Assembly: GCF_020745735.1 (NCBI RefSeq)
Contig: NC_083417.1
Coordinates: 71,982,001 to 72,046,000, forward strand
DNA length: 64,000 nt
From: Hemiscyllium ocellatum
Lineage: Eukaryota
Direction: 5' to 3'
Shown piece after piece: positions 1 through 9,889 of the stretch (its first letter is position 1; each line of letters starts with the position of its first letter). Position numbers and translations under genes: made by a program. Below the pieces are notes generated by a model. That model made no database searches. It saw nothing but the letters and a program-made list of their open reading frames with translations, and was not told the origin of the DNA.

Positions 1-375
1 CCATGAACACCAACTAGCCACGAAACGACACAACCAGCTATCCTTAGTAGCCACACACGCAAATGACACGCAACATGAGTTCGACTGGAACAACACTACT
101 ATTATAGGACAAGCTAAACAGAGAACAGCCAGGGAATTCCTAGAGGCATGGCACTCACCCACAGATTCTATCAACAAACACATCGACCTGGACCCAATAT
201 AACCGGCCACTGCAACGGACAGCAACTGACAACCGAAAGCGACAGATTCAAACCACGATAAATGCCGGAGGAAACATCACAGAAGCGCTTCACCGGAGGC
301 TCCCAAGCACTGAGTATGTCACCTAGACAGGGGACGAAACGTCTGCAACACAAATTCCCAGCTCGGCGATCAGAA
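1..375 (+). mobile_element. Penelope-like retroelement 3' end (GIY-YIG endonuclease C-terminal remnant plus pseudo-LTR)
   Basis: Frame 2 from nt 2 reads HEHQLATKRHNQLSLVATHANDTQHEFDWNNTTIIGQAKQRTAREFLEAWHSPTDSINKHIDLDPI*, the R..E..h...N pattern of PLE GIY-YIG ends. It is followed by a minimal hammerhead-like motif at 307-346. Confidence 0.8.
307..346 (+). ncRNA. Minimal type I hammerhead ribozyme-like motif (probably inactive copy)
   Basis: GCA-CTGAGTA-T-GTCACC(TAGACA)GGGGAC-GAAAC-GTC-TGC. Stem I GCA/TGC, stem II, GAAA core and GUC triplet are present; the core reads CUGAGUA instead of CUGANGA. Confidence 0.6.
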
Positions 376-387
376 TCTCAACACTCT

Positions 388-600
388 ACTGGATATGTGA
401 CACTGCAGCATCTGTATCAGTACTGGGTCTGAGACAGTGCTGGGTCTGTATCAGTACTCGATCTGTGACAGTGCGGGGTCTGTATCAGTACTGGGTCTGA
501 GACAGTGCGGGGTCTGTATCAGTACTGCGTCTGAGACAGTGCTGGGTCTGTATCAGTACTGGATCTGTGACAGTGCGGGGTCTGTGCCAGTACTGGGTCT
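388..600. repeat. 34-bp minisatellite, about 6 copies, built from two diverged 17-mers
   Basis: TCTGTATCAG recurs at 411, 445, 479, 513 and 547, and as TCTGTGCCAG at 581. Unit TCTGTATCAGTACTGGG + TCTGAGACAGTGC(T/G)GGG. Confidence 0.9.
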
Positions 601-1039
601 GGTAGCCAGACAGATAATGTATGTCAACCAGACATGGAAAAAAAAACATATTATTAACGTATTATTGACATTGGAACTCTTGCTCAGTAATTTGAACAAG
701 TTGCCGAAAAGTAGCGAGAACGAAGGTAATATGCAGAAAATACACCGCAGTTTACCCGATATGTACGAACAAGTATTAGGTTTAACAGGCAATGCAATGT
801 TTTCAAACGTTCATAATTTTTAATTGTATCATCGCTGTTCCACTTAGAAATTGTCTTTGGATGTCGATGCGAGGAATATTTTTACGCTTTATTGAACAGA
901 TACAATTTCGCAACATGAAAGAACAATGACCGGTTGGCCGATTCGCTTCTTTTCTGCTGAAGAGAGCAATGGTGTTGTTTACATCCCAGACTGGCTGCAT
1001 AAATAACAGTGAATGTGGGACTAGTGTACGCGTTATGTA

Positions 1040-1175
1040 AGAGAGGGAGAGAAACTGTGTGCGTGTGTCTATCGCTATGCATGTGTGTATGAGAAGAGAG
1101 TAATGTGCGAAAGAGTAACAGAGATAGGTATATGAGTTAGAGCGTGGTGTGAGTATGAAATAGTTTAGAGATAGG
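1040..1175. repeat. Degenerate (GA)/(GT) low-complexity tract
   Basis: Interrupted GAGA and GTGT runs. Confidence 0.6.
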
Positions 1176-1888
1176 GGCAGTAACTCGAAGTGAGATTTGC
1201 GATGCACAGTGCACCTGAACTACTAAAAAACCGAAAATAAAATCTGTGGATGCTCATAATTAGAGATATCACTGTACGAGACGCAGGCAGTGAAAGATTA
1301 AGGTGCGTGTGGGTGAATGGTGGTTAGGCGAGGGAGAGAGGGAGAGCTGCTTGTTGGGCACAGCTCTAATTAAGGGATGTTTACTGGATAAGTGAGTGTG
1401 AGATCCCCATGCAATGAACAACGACTGAGAAATGATTGCGATAGCAACACGGTCTGAATGATGATACTGTAAACGGGTGCTGCATGTGTAAGAGACAGCA
1501 AGGAGAAATTGAAGTGTCAGGTGACAGTGGTGATGTGGTGGTGGCGGTTGGATTGGGGGGACAAGTCGCACGACACCGACTTACAGTCCAACAGGTTTAT
1601 GTGAAATCTTAAGCTCCCTGGTCAGGACTTCACCTGGTGTCCTGTGACACAGTGAGTGCGAGGTGGGTGTTAGCACTGAACGACACGTCAGCATTCAGTG
1701 ATAGGGTTCATTCTTTTCTTACAGTATGTACTGAATTGATAAGAAAGTAAAGGGTCAGCCAATGTCTCGCGCATCCATCCGTGCAGATACCGAATGTCAC
1801 TAATGAAGGATGATATATTTTGTTTCCTGCATTAAAAAAAGTCCTTTAATCTAGTTACAATGATGCAAGCAACAAATGATCCCCTTAC

Positions 1889-1979
1889 CTTTAAATGATC
1901 CACAGTAAGGCGGTCCCCAACACCACCATTCCGATCCCCAAAATCAAACGGAAGATGTTAATGGTGTGGAATCGGCCAA
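1889..1979 (-). CDS. Gene A transmembrane exon, (V)GRFHTINIFRLILGIGMVVLGTALLWII*
   Basis: Acceptor ctatccttcag, donor AAG/gtaagg. Hydrophobic segment with H-T-x-N-x-x-R-L, resembling the [YH]T-x-x-N-L-x-R motif of FcR-gamma-associating receptors (NKp46, GPVI, LILRA). Confidence 0.72.
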
Positions 1980-4900
1980 CTGAAGGATAGAGATTCAATG
2001 AGGAAATATAGAGAAACAATTAGAGACGGAAAGGAGACGCAGGATGTTAGTGTGTATGTCTTTAAAGGGAGTGAGAACAACCGAGAGGGAACTGAGTACA
2101 ACCAGTGTGTTAGACACAGGACTGTGCGCTTATGAGTTTACTTCAATACAACTGAGGGGCAGAATTAAAATGCTCAGAACCTTTCTCCATGAGTTCCGCG
2201 GAGTTTTCACTGAATATTGTGTGTATCAAGGAACCCCAAGAATAATCTACCCTCGGTCTTTTATTGGATCTGATCACTGACACTGCTAAACGGGAGCTAA
2301 AGCTAATTCTCATCCTCGCGTTAATTTCTAATGCAGTGCTCGATGGTAACAATACGCAATCAACGGAAAAGAGAAAGCTGGCATTTACATAGCGCCGTTC
2401 AGGCCCCTTTAAAGCCAAGGAACGACTCAAAGTGTGCTCGCCGCTGTAATAAATGTGACCATTTTGCATACGGTTTCCCAAAAGGCAATGTGAGAGTGAG
2501 CAGATCATTTGATTCTGTCGTGTGGATTGGTAGGATAAATATTCGCTTAGGACTGAGTTATTATCTTTAGGGATGAAACCGCGTGTCAGATAGGGGAACT
2601 GGGTATTATCTGCTAACAGCTGAAAACCTGTTGCTGGAAAAGCGCAGCAGGTCAAGCAGCATCCAAGGAGCAGGAGAATCGACGTTTCGGGCAGGAGCCC
2701 TTCTTCAGGATCTGCTAACCCCGAACCTGGCGCGGATTGAATGCAGTTTGTGGTCATTTTGAGCTGACGGTTAAGCAATACTTTAAAATATTGGCGTCAA
2801 GTTTGATTTCGGCTGGAGGCCCAAGTATGCGGGAATGGACCGGACCCTTGTAATTTTAATATTGAAGATTAGTGTAGACAGAAATCCCGCCGTGGGTTCC
2901 AGGATATAACAAAGATCGTGATTAAAGCAATCCTGAAAACCCATCGCCCTTACCATGGTTTGGAACCGTGTAGCTGATATTTGCCGGGACGCTGAGTGCG
3001 ATGTGAGAAATCTGACAGGTGTAGACTGACCCCCTCTCCGGAAGACTGAGCTCGCTGGAAACGGGAGATAAGGAGGACAAGAAAGTGGGAGGTGAATATA
3101 GAGAGAAAAGTAACTTTGATTTTTCCAATAAGACCAAGAGTGAATTGGAGAGAGAGAGAAAGAGAGAGAGAAAGACAGACTGAGAGCGAGAGCAAGAAAG
3201 TGTTTATCATCAGTTTTGTGGATGAAACCTCGCGTCAGACGAGGAAACTGGCCACAGACATGCTGGTTCCCGGACACAGTGCAGATGCAGTGCAGGCCGG
3301 TTTCTGTTTGTGGTAAATTTTGAACTGACGGCTTCGTAACACTTCAAATCTGTTTTTAACGTTGGCTGAAGTGCCAAGCATCCGGGAACGGAATGGACTC
3401 TTGTATTTTTAATATTGATGACAGATATTAGGTTCCTCTGTATATCAAAAAGGGAAAACCGGTGACCCTTACCGTGGTTCGGAATTTTGTCGCTGATGTT
3501 TGCCGGGACGCTGAGTGTGATGTGAGAAATCTGGCAGGTGTAGACTGACCCCTTCTCCGGAAGACTGAGCTCGCTGGAAACGTGAAATAAACCCTCTTCG
3601 TTCAGCATTTTCCTGATGTTGACGCCAGACGTGATTTCGGAGAGATTTTTATACCACACGAGTTCAAACTGCCCCGGGAAGAAGCCAGCTGTTGTGCAGA
3701 GGAGAGCGAGGAAGGGCGAGTACTGGCGGGTTATCTTCAGCGGGGTTGGCGGCACTGGAACACAATAACAATCAATAAATCAACATCGGAAGTTGTGTGT
3801 GAATTGGACAGTGGACTGAACAGCCTGTTAAAAGGCACAGGCATTTCTTGAATTTTGGAGGGAATTTTTTTTAATCAACCTATTAATGCGAACAACTAAA
3901 GTTTCAGTTCTGAAAGTTAGGATCGATGGACATTTGTTAAACCTCCCCTTCCTTTGCATTCGGATAAAACGTGGAGATAAATAGAGTGGACAAAACCATG
4001 TCAGAATGGGCAGCCACTGAATATGTTGGACGAGATAAATACTCTACACACACAGTTCAGAGTCTGCATTGGATTAACAGTGGTCAAATCAGACAAAGTC
4101 AGAGTCCATACTAAAAAAAAGCGGTTCGATCAGACACCCTCAGTCTGTTGTCCATTGAACAATCACTGGTTCAACCGGACACAGGCAATCCAGAATCTAT
4201 TAAATACTTACTTTTTCCACGAGACATTCTCAATCCATAGTTTGTATTGAATTATAATTGGTCCCATCAAAGTCTCAAACCCAAGTCCAAGTCCAATGAG
4301 ATGCTCCGCAGACTTTCTCAGGGACACTATCCATGGCACTGCACACAAGGCCGTTGAGAACAAACAGGGGAAGACACAAGACTGGTTGGAAGCGAGCTCA
4401 AGTAATCTCACCGCTGTCAAGGAGGCAAAACGTGTTGCGCCACTTCACCCAGGCAACACTGTCTCCACTAAGGACAACAAGGCGCAAGTGCAATGTGCAC
4501 CCGTAATGTTGTAAAGGAAGGAGTTTCAGGATTTCGATCCAGCGACACTATAATAGAATGGTGTTATATTTACAAGTCAGGGTGGTGACAGGCTTGGAAG
4601 GGAAGTTGTATGTGGTCGTGTTGCCATCTATCTGCTGCTGTGGGTTTTGAAGGTGCTGTCGACGAATATTGGGCGAATTCCTATACTGCGTCTTGGAGAT
4701 GGCACACACTGATGTGACCGGACATGTTCATATGTAAAACGGCATCCAGGATTGTCACAGAGCATCGGTCATGCAGGGAATGGTGATACATGTGGTGCCA
4801 ACGAAATGGGCTGCATTGCCTGAATGCATTATCAAGCGTGTTGGGTGTTGTTGCAGCTACATTTAATCCGGCAAATGGGACGTCTTCGATCATATTGTCG

Positions 4901-7900
4901 ACGTGTGCTTCATAAATGGTGGATAGGATTTGGGGAGTCAGGAGGTGGATCACACATTGTTGCTTCCTGGCCTTCCATCTGCTCTTGTAGATATTGTATT
5001 GACATGGTTAGTCCAGTTCAGGGCCTCGGCAACCCCCAGGATGATAATGTTTTGTAAAATAAATGAAAAGGCATTTTTCTCGGAAATATTTCTCTGGAGT
5101 TGTAAACAGTCTTCATCTATAAACGATAGCTAACTAGGTCATCTATTAACAATGTCATCGCTAAATTCCAAATAGAAGTTCAACAATTAGAGATTTTCAC
5201 AAAATGCATCCCTTGACTGTTAAAGTTATATGCGAAACGAATTTGCACTTTTTTTTGCCTTTACTGAGAATTAAAAAAACCCTATCTCCTTCAGTTGATT
5301 ATTTCTAATGAACTTGTCCTTGAAACTATTTGGTCTATCTTCTTCACAATCATTAGTTCCCGACTGGCACTCAAACACACTCATAGAGATGTACATCATG
5401 GGAAAAGACCCTTCGGTCCAACTCGTACATGCCGATCAGATATCCTAACCTAATCTAGTCCCATTTACCAGCAATTAGCCCATATCCCTTCAAACCCTTC
5501 CTATTCAAGTACACATCCAGATGATTTTTAAATACTTCCTCTGGGAGCTCATTCCATACACGTACCACTCTCTGCGTGAAAACGTTGCCCCGTAGGTCCC
5601 ATGAAAATGTTTCCCCCTCACGTTGTGTACTCTCCCACCCCAGAGAACAGACCTTGTCTATTTATCCTATCCATGCATCTTATGATTTTATACATCTCGA
5701 TAAGGTCACCCATCAGCCTCCAACACTCCGGGGAAAACAACACTATTCAGCCACTCCCTGACGACATCCTTGTAAAGCTTTTCTGAACTACGTCAAGTAT
5801 CCCGGCATCATTCTGAGAGGAGGGAGACCAGAACTGCACACAATATTTCAAAAGTGACCTTACCAATGTCCTGTACAGCCACAATATAACCTCCCAACTC
5901 TTATAGTCAATGCACTGACCAATGAAGGAAAACATATCAACAGCTTGTTCACTATCCTGTCTCCTTGCGACTCCACTCCAAGAGCTCTCCATGACCACCC
6001 TCTGTTTTCTACCTTTGAGCCAGTTCTGTATCCAAATGGCTAATTCTCCTGCATTCCATGTGATCTAAACTTGCAAACCAGTCTACCATGAGGAACCTTG
6101 TCTAACCCAGTTCATGTAGATCCCTTGGGAAATATGTTGGTTTCCCAGTGGAGCACACATTCTTCACACAATGTGAATTTGAACAACATGCGATCTTTGC
6201 ATGTACTTCTCAGGATTGCATTTATTCATTTCCTGATTGATCATTTGCTTCGTGCCTCCAAACCTCATTTTCAATTGACAAAATCCTGTTGCAATCCCAG
6301 GCCAACATCTGGTATGGATGATGCCACTACCCATTTCAAAGGCAGAGTTGCTTTACAAAACAGGCCAGTTACATTTGAAGCTGGTGCACAGACTTGAGCA
6401 AGTGCCTCGAGGACCTATTTAGTATTCAGAAAAAAAAATCACTTTCATATATATTTCCATACTGAGACTTAATGTAGGGAGATTGGTTGCATCAACATAA
6501 CGAGGTAAAGTGTTTAGTAAACTTTATCCACTTCTTAAAATCAGGATTTAAGATGAGACTCAAACTATGAGGAATGTATATATTTATCAACAGTTGCAAA
6601 CAAAATTGGGGATTAACCAAAATAAATATATCAGTGAATTTAATCTCGAAGTAAACGTAAACTTCTCCACAAAATCATACTTGGAAGCAGCGCTAAGTAC
6701 ATTTCTAATTTCAAGTTTACTGTAGAAGCAATCCAAATAATGCTGTCTGCTTCTCAGGGAAATTTTGAGTGAGCACTTCTTAGTATTTAAGATTCCAATC
6801 CGACAGTGTGAGGAAGCACGTCATTTCTGAGATAGCAGAATACTCCATGCTTCTCAGTTAAAGTTAAGTGAGCAGTTGTAAATATTTAAGAAAAAGCATG
6901 ACATTTCTGAGACAGCATTTAATAATTCGTTTTACCTTAGTTTGCATTGGAATGTTTTCCTAATGCCTGTTCCTCTTCCTCAGGATAATTATTTGCTCTC
7001 GTTTTGCATTACTCACACCGTGCTGTATCTGTATCCGTTTATGATCACTTGCACCTATTTGGTAATCGATTTTGAAAACCTGACATTTATCTCTTTAACA
7101 GAAAAACACATCTTTCCACTTTGAACTCCATGACAAATCTAATGCATTTCATTTCCGGTAGCTATCAAAATCAAGTGGAGCATTATTTATGATACGTTAT
7201 CTGATTATAAATATACGATATAATACAAGATTAAGTACATTACACCGCCTGGCTAGCTTTGATTGACCGCGGACAGCAAGTCTGGTATCCACCAGGACAA
7301 TTTCGGTTTAAGTCTCATTGAACTGAAAAAAAGACCAGCCTTCCTTTCGGCACCAAACTGAAAGCAGACCCTTGCTGCTCTTGTTATCTATTATCGATGT
7401 ATACCTGCCTAATTTAACGTTGTTCATTCCTCCTCAGTGACACTCACCGTGTACAATAAGCTTAGTCCCATTCCCATTGGAAGTTTTCCTGCCGAAGACG
7501 CTGATGCGACAAAAATAGATTCCGGAGTCCCGGAAGCTCACATTCAGCAGATGGAACACAGAAAATATTTGCTTGAACGGTAATATTATTTTCCTTTTGT
7601 CTGCTGTTGGATCCAAAGGTTTGATCTCTCCATCTTTCCGCCAGGACACGTTAACCGATATTTTGCGATCGAAAAGCGGGGTGGAGCAATACATTGACAC
7701 ATTTGTACCTTCCACTGCAGTCAGGTACGGGGGGGATTGAATCACGGGCAAAGGGGTTTCGCCAGTACCTGCCAGAAATATATACAAGCGTTAGTTGCTC
7801 CTGTTTCATGAACCGAAAAATGAAAAATGGTAAAATAATGGTTTAGAAACTCAGCGAAACAAAATCCAATAATTAATCATGAAAACGAAGCTGCCAGTTT

Positions 7901-8016
7901 TGAATTCTCAGTATTTCCATTCATATTCCTATCCGCTAGATGAGTGTAAATATTTATAGACCTGTATAAATTACTCGCAGGACTGAGAGATAGCAGAGCA
8001 CATGAAACACGGGCAT
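1891..8016 (-). CDS. Gene A: NKp30/NCR3-like VJ-C1 IgSF receptor, activating type (L-V-C1-TM with Arg, no tail), about 248 aa
   Basis: Exons 7962-8016 (leader MPVFHVLCYLSVLRVIYT), 7448-7768 (V), 3473-3754 (C1) and 1889-1979 (TM, stop TAA at 1891-1893). All joins are GT-AG and phase 1, and the frame is open throughout. Confidence 0.75.
2617..2710 (-). mobile_element. Short Penelope-derived repeat with hammerhead-like core
   Basis: Minus strand CTGAAGA-AGGGC(TCCT)GCCC-GAAACGTCG at 2680-2708, followed by ATTCTCCTGCTCCTTGGATGCTGC; same family as 19984-20088. Confidence 0.65.
2954..3063 (-). pseudogene. Truncated 3' third of a diverged paralogous C1 exon
   Basis: Reads SSELSLPERGSVYTCQISHIALSVPANISYTVPNHG with intact donor G/gtaagg. 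The downstream intron (about 2760-2953) is a clearly diverged homolog of about 3320-3472. Confidence 0.8.
3147..3192. repeat. (GA)n microsatellite in the C1-TM intron (also about 24541-24580 and 45935-45975)
   Basis: GGAGAGAGAGAGAAAGAGAGAGAG. Confidence 0.8.
3473..3754 (-). CDS. Gene A C1-set Ig domain exon (282 nt)
   Basis: C1 signatures LLCTTAGFFPGQFELVWYKN, NEEGLFHVSSEL and YTCQISH. Acceptor ttgtgttccag, donor G/gtaagg. Confidence 0.92.
4400..5070. mobile_element. Decayed LINE fragments specific to the gene A V-C intron
   Basis: GTAATGTTGTAAAGGAAGGAGTTTCAGGATTTCGATCCAGCGAC matches the repeat at about 26140-26190 and 47535-47580. The 4290-5380 stretch is otherwise absent from units 2 and 3. 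Confidence 0.5.
5385..6090 (-). mobile_element. CR1-type LINE fragment (RT C-terminus and 3' tail)
   Basis: Minus frame LWLYRTLVRSLLKYCVQFWSP matches the CR1 RT C-terminal LVRPHLEYCVQFWSP motif. Related fragments at about 26300-27240 and 47720-48660. Confidence 0.8.
7448..7768 (-). CDS. Gene A V-set exon with germline-encoded J-like G strand (321 nt)
   Basis: C..W..DSGIYFC framework. The end, CRISVFGRKTSNGNGTKLIV, parallels NKp30 CRVEVLGLGVGTGNGTRLVV. Acceptor tttctggcag, donor G/gtgagt. Confidence 0.93.
7962..8016 (-). CDS. Gene A leader (signal peptide) exon
   Basis: ATG at 8016-8014, 18 mostly hydrophobic codons plus a phase-1 donor CAG/gtctat. Same 55-nt exon in all three copies. Confidence 0.75.
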
Positions 8017-8196
8017 TCTGGGCAGGGAAGATGTCTTGGAGCAGGAGGACAGCAAGATCCAGCGAAACCCGATGGAAACATTATTACCATCTGGGACTCC
8101 CTGATGCATTCATGTCTGAGACAACCTCAATGGGTTGGTTCTGTTTAAGGCGGATCGAGGTAGTATGTGTTACAAGATGAGGATGGCTCAAGTCTG

Positions 8197-8201
8197 ATTG
8201 G
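8197..8201 (-). promoter_or_regulatory. Possible CCAAT box about 180 bp upstream of the ATG
   Basis: CTGATTGGTGAC is retained upstream of all three leaders. Conservation is uninformative because the duplication is recent. Confidence 0.25.
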
Positions 8202-9889
8202 TGACCAAGAGACGATCAATTATTTTTTGCATGACGTGAAAGATTTCTAGTTGAGCCAACCCTTGACAAAGTTCAGTGTTGTCCGACCTATGGCAGTTGC
8301 GGATTTGGGACTGCGGCGGGGATCTGGCCCAGCAGCAGTACGAAGTTTGACAGAGGTGGTGATGAAATAGATATGCGTGCTCCGATTTACAGTTGGAGCG
8401 GATGCATTACTTTGCTGAGGTACAACGGGGAGAAAGGAGTGGTCAATGGTTAATTGCTGGGGGTGTTATTGGCATAGTAGAGCCATGTGGGTGCAGTAAA
8501 CCCAGGGATTCCGGGAGAATCTGATAGAATGACTGGATAATGTGGATGGAAATGAATGGGGCCTATCAATTTCAACTGCACATTGGAGGATAGATGGTAA
8601 TGAAAAGTGTGGTGGTCTTCTCTGTTATAATCCAAAGAGGTGACGGGAGCCTACATGGAAGGGATTCAGTGGTCAGCAGAACATTTGTGAATTTCTTTAT
8701 TTTGGTTTATTCAAAACTCAAAATTTATTCAAATTCATTTCTGATTAATGAGTTTAACCATAAAATTGTTGCAAACATGCTCAGTTTTAGAAATTGGTAA
8801 GAATACAGTGTTCAGAGATATTTCCAAGTACGGAGGAGTCAACCAACCGGTTTTGAGACAGTTTTGAACGTTAGAGGATGGAGTTGTGTTTGGGGTGCAT
8901 GGGTCAGTGAGGATGATATAATATAAATCAAAATGGTTGTAGGAATGAAAGTTAAGTAATGAGTTATTTATGATTATTAGGAATGAAAGAGCAGGAAAGA
9001 ATGGAACGAATGATTTTGGAAAGACCATGCGAGCTGGACGAGTTAAAGGCAGGAAAGAATCCAGTGACCAATCCAAATTGGAGAGACATTGAGGACACTG
9101 CAGCATGTTTGAATTTCTTTCCCAAAGGATACCAGTGAACAAGATTTTGTCTATTTTTGACAACAGTGATTAAAAAAAGGTCATCGCTATACCAGCCTTT
9201 CTTCTCCATTTTGTTTCAAATTAAACTTCAGTTTCACAATCGGTCGTGGTGTACGTGAACCCGTGTCGAACAAATAGTGAATTACCATGCGTAGTTACTA
9301 ACCCCATGACACACCATATGGCACTGGCGGCCGATCGTATATGCAAAACATTTGATTTAACAGCAGCAGATTTATTCAAAGTCGTAACTGCTACTGTTCT
9401 CTACCTTCTGTTCGACACCTGTTTGATTTAACCAAGCTATGTCAACGGTAAAAGCCGCGTGAAAGCCACTTTACTAATGAATGCAAAAAAAGTTGGACTT
9501 GAAAGGCTGACATGATGTTCTTGTAACACATTGATGATTGTCAAAACAAAACATTTCTTCAAAGGAGCTAGGGGTTTACGTTCAACCTCCAGTACAGCAC
9601 CAAATTCTTTCCTGTTTTGTTCATCATGTTCGCAAATCAGCACGACTTGATTACATCTTGTTATGTTCTCTATCGCTCCAGAGGCGATTTCAGTATTCAT
9701 TATTAAGGACGCTCCTCTACTAATATTTACCCTATCTTTCTTGAAAACCTTTAAACACGGTAGCATCGATTATCAGCGCTGTTTCGTTGTTATGTCTCAG
9801 CAATGTCATATACTCCAACTCAAGTTGTCTCAGATATTTATTTAATCATTCGTTATCTGTTGTAGTTTAAAGAATAACAAACAATACTG

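Noticed and set aside
437-823. 128-aa ORF and CRISPR-like periodicity
   Set aside because: The frame is opened by the minisatellite; repeats are contiguous without unique spacers, and the DNA is eukaryotic.
3210-3755. 181-aa ORFs (also 24604-25149 and 45999-46544) as single-exon proteins
   Set aside because: Only the first 94 codons are the C1 exon; the rest is read-through into the intron past a strong G/gtaagg donor.
6098-6397. Plus-strand ORF of about 99 aa repeated in all units
   Set aside because: No recognisable domain, non-ATG start, truncated in unit 2; retention is explained by recent duplication.
7434-7787. Rearranging TCR, Ig or IgNAR V segments
   Set aside because: The V exon already encodes the G strand and ends in a splice donor, with no flanking heptamer/nonamer; no D or J segments seen.
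8640-9830. Cluster of 60-140 aa ORFs upstream of the leader, with a YSDD-like string
   Set aside because: I could not match them convincingly to any RT or transposase; frames are broken differently among units. Left unassigned.
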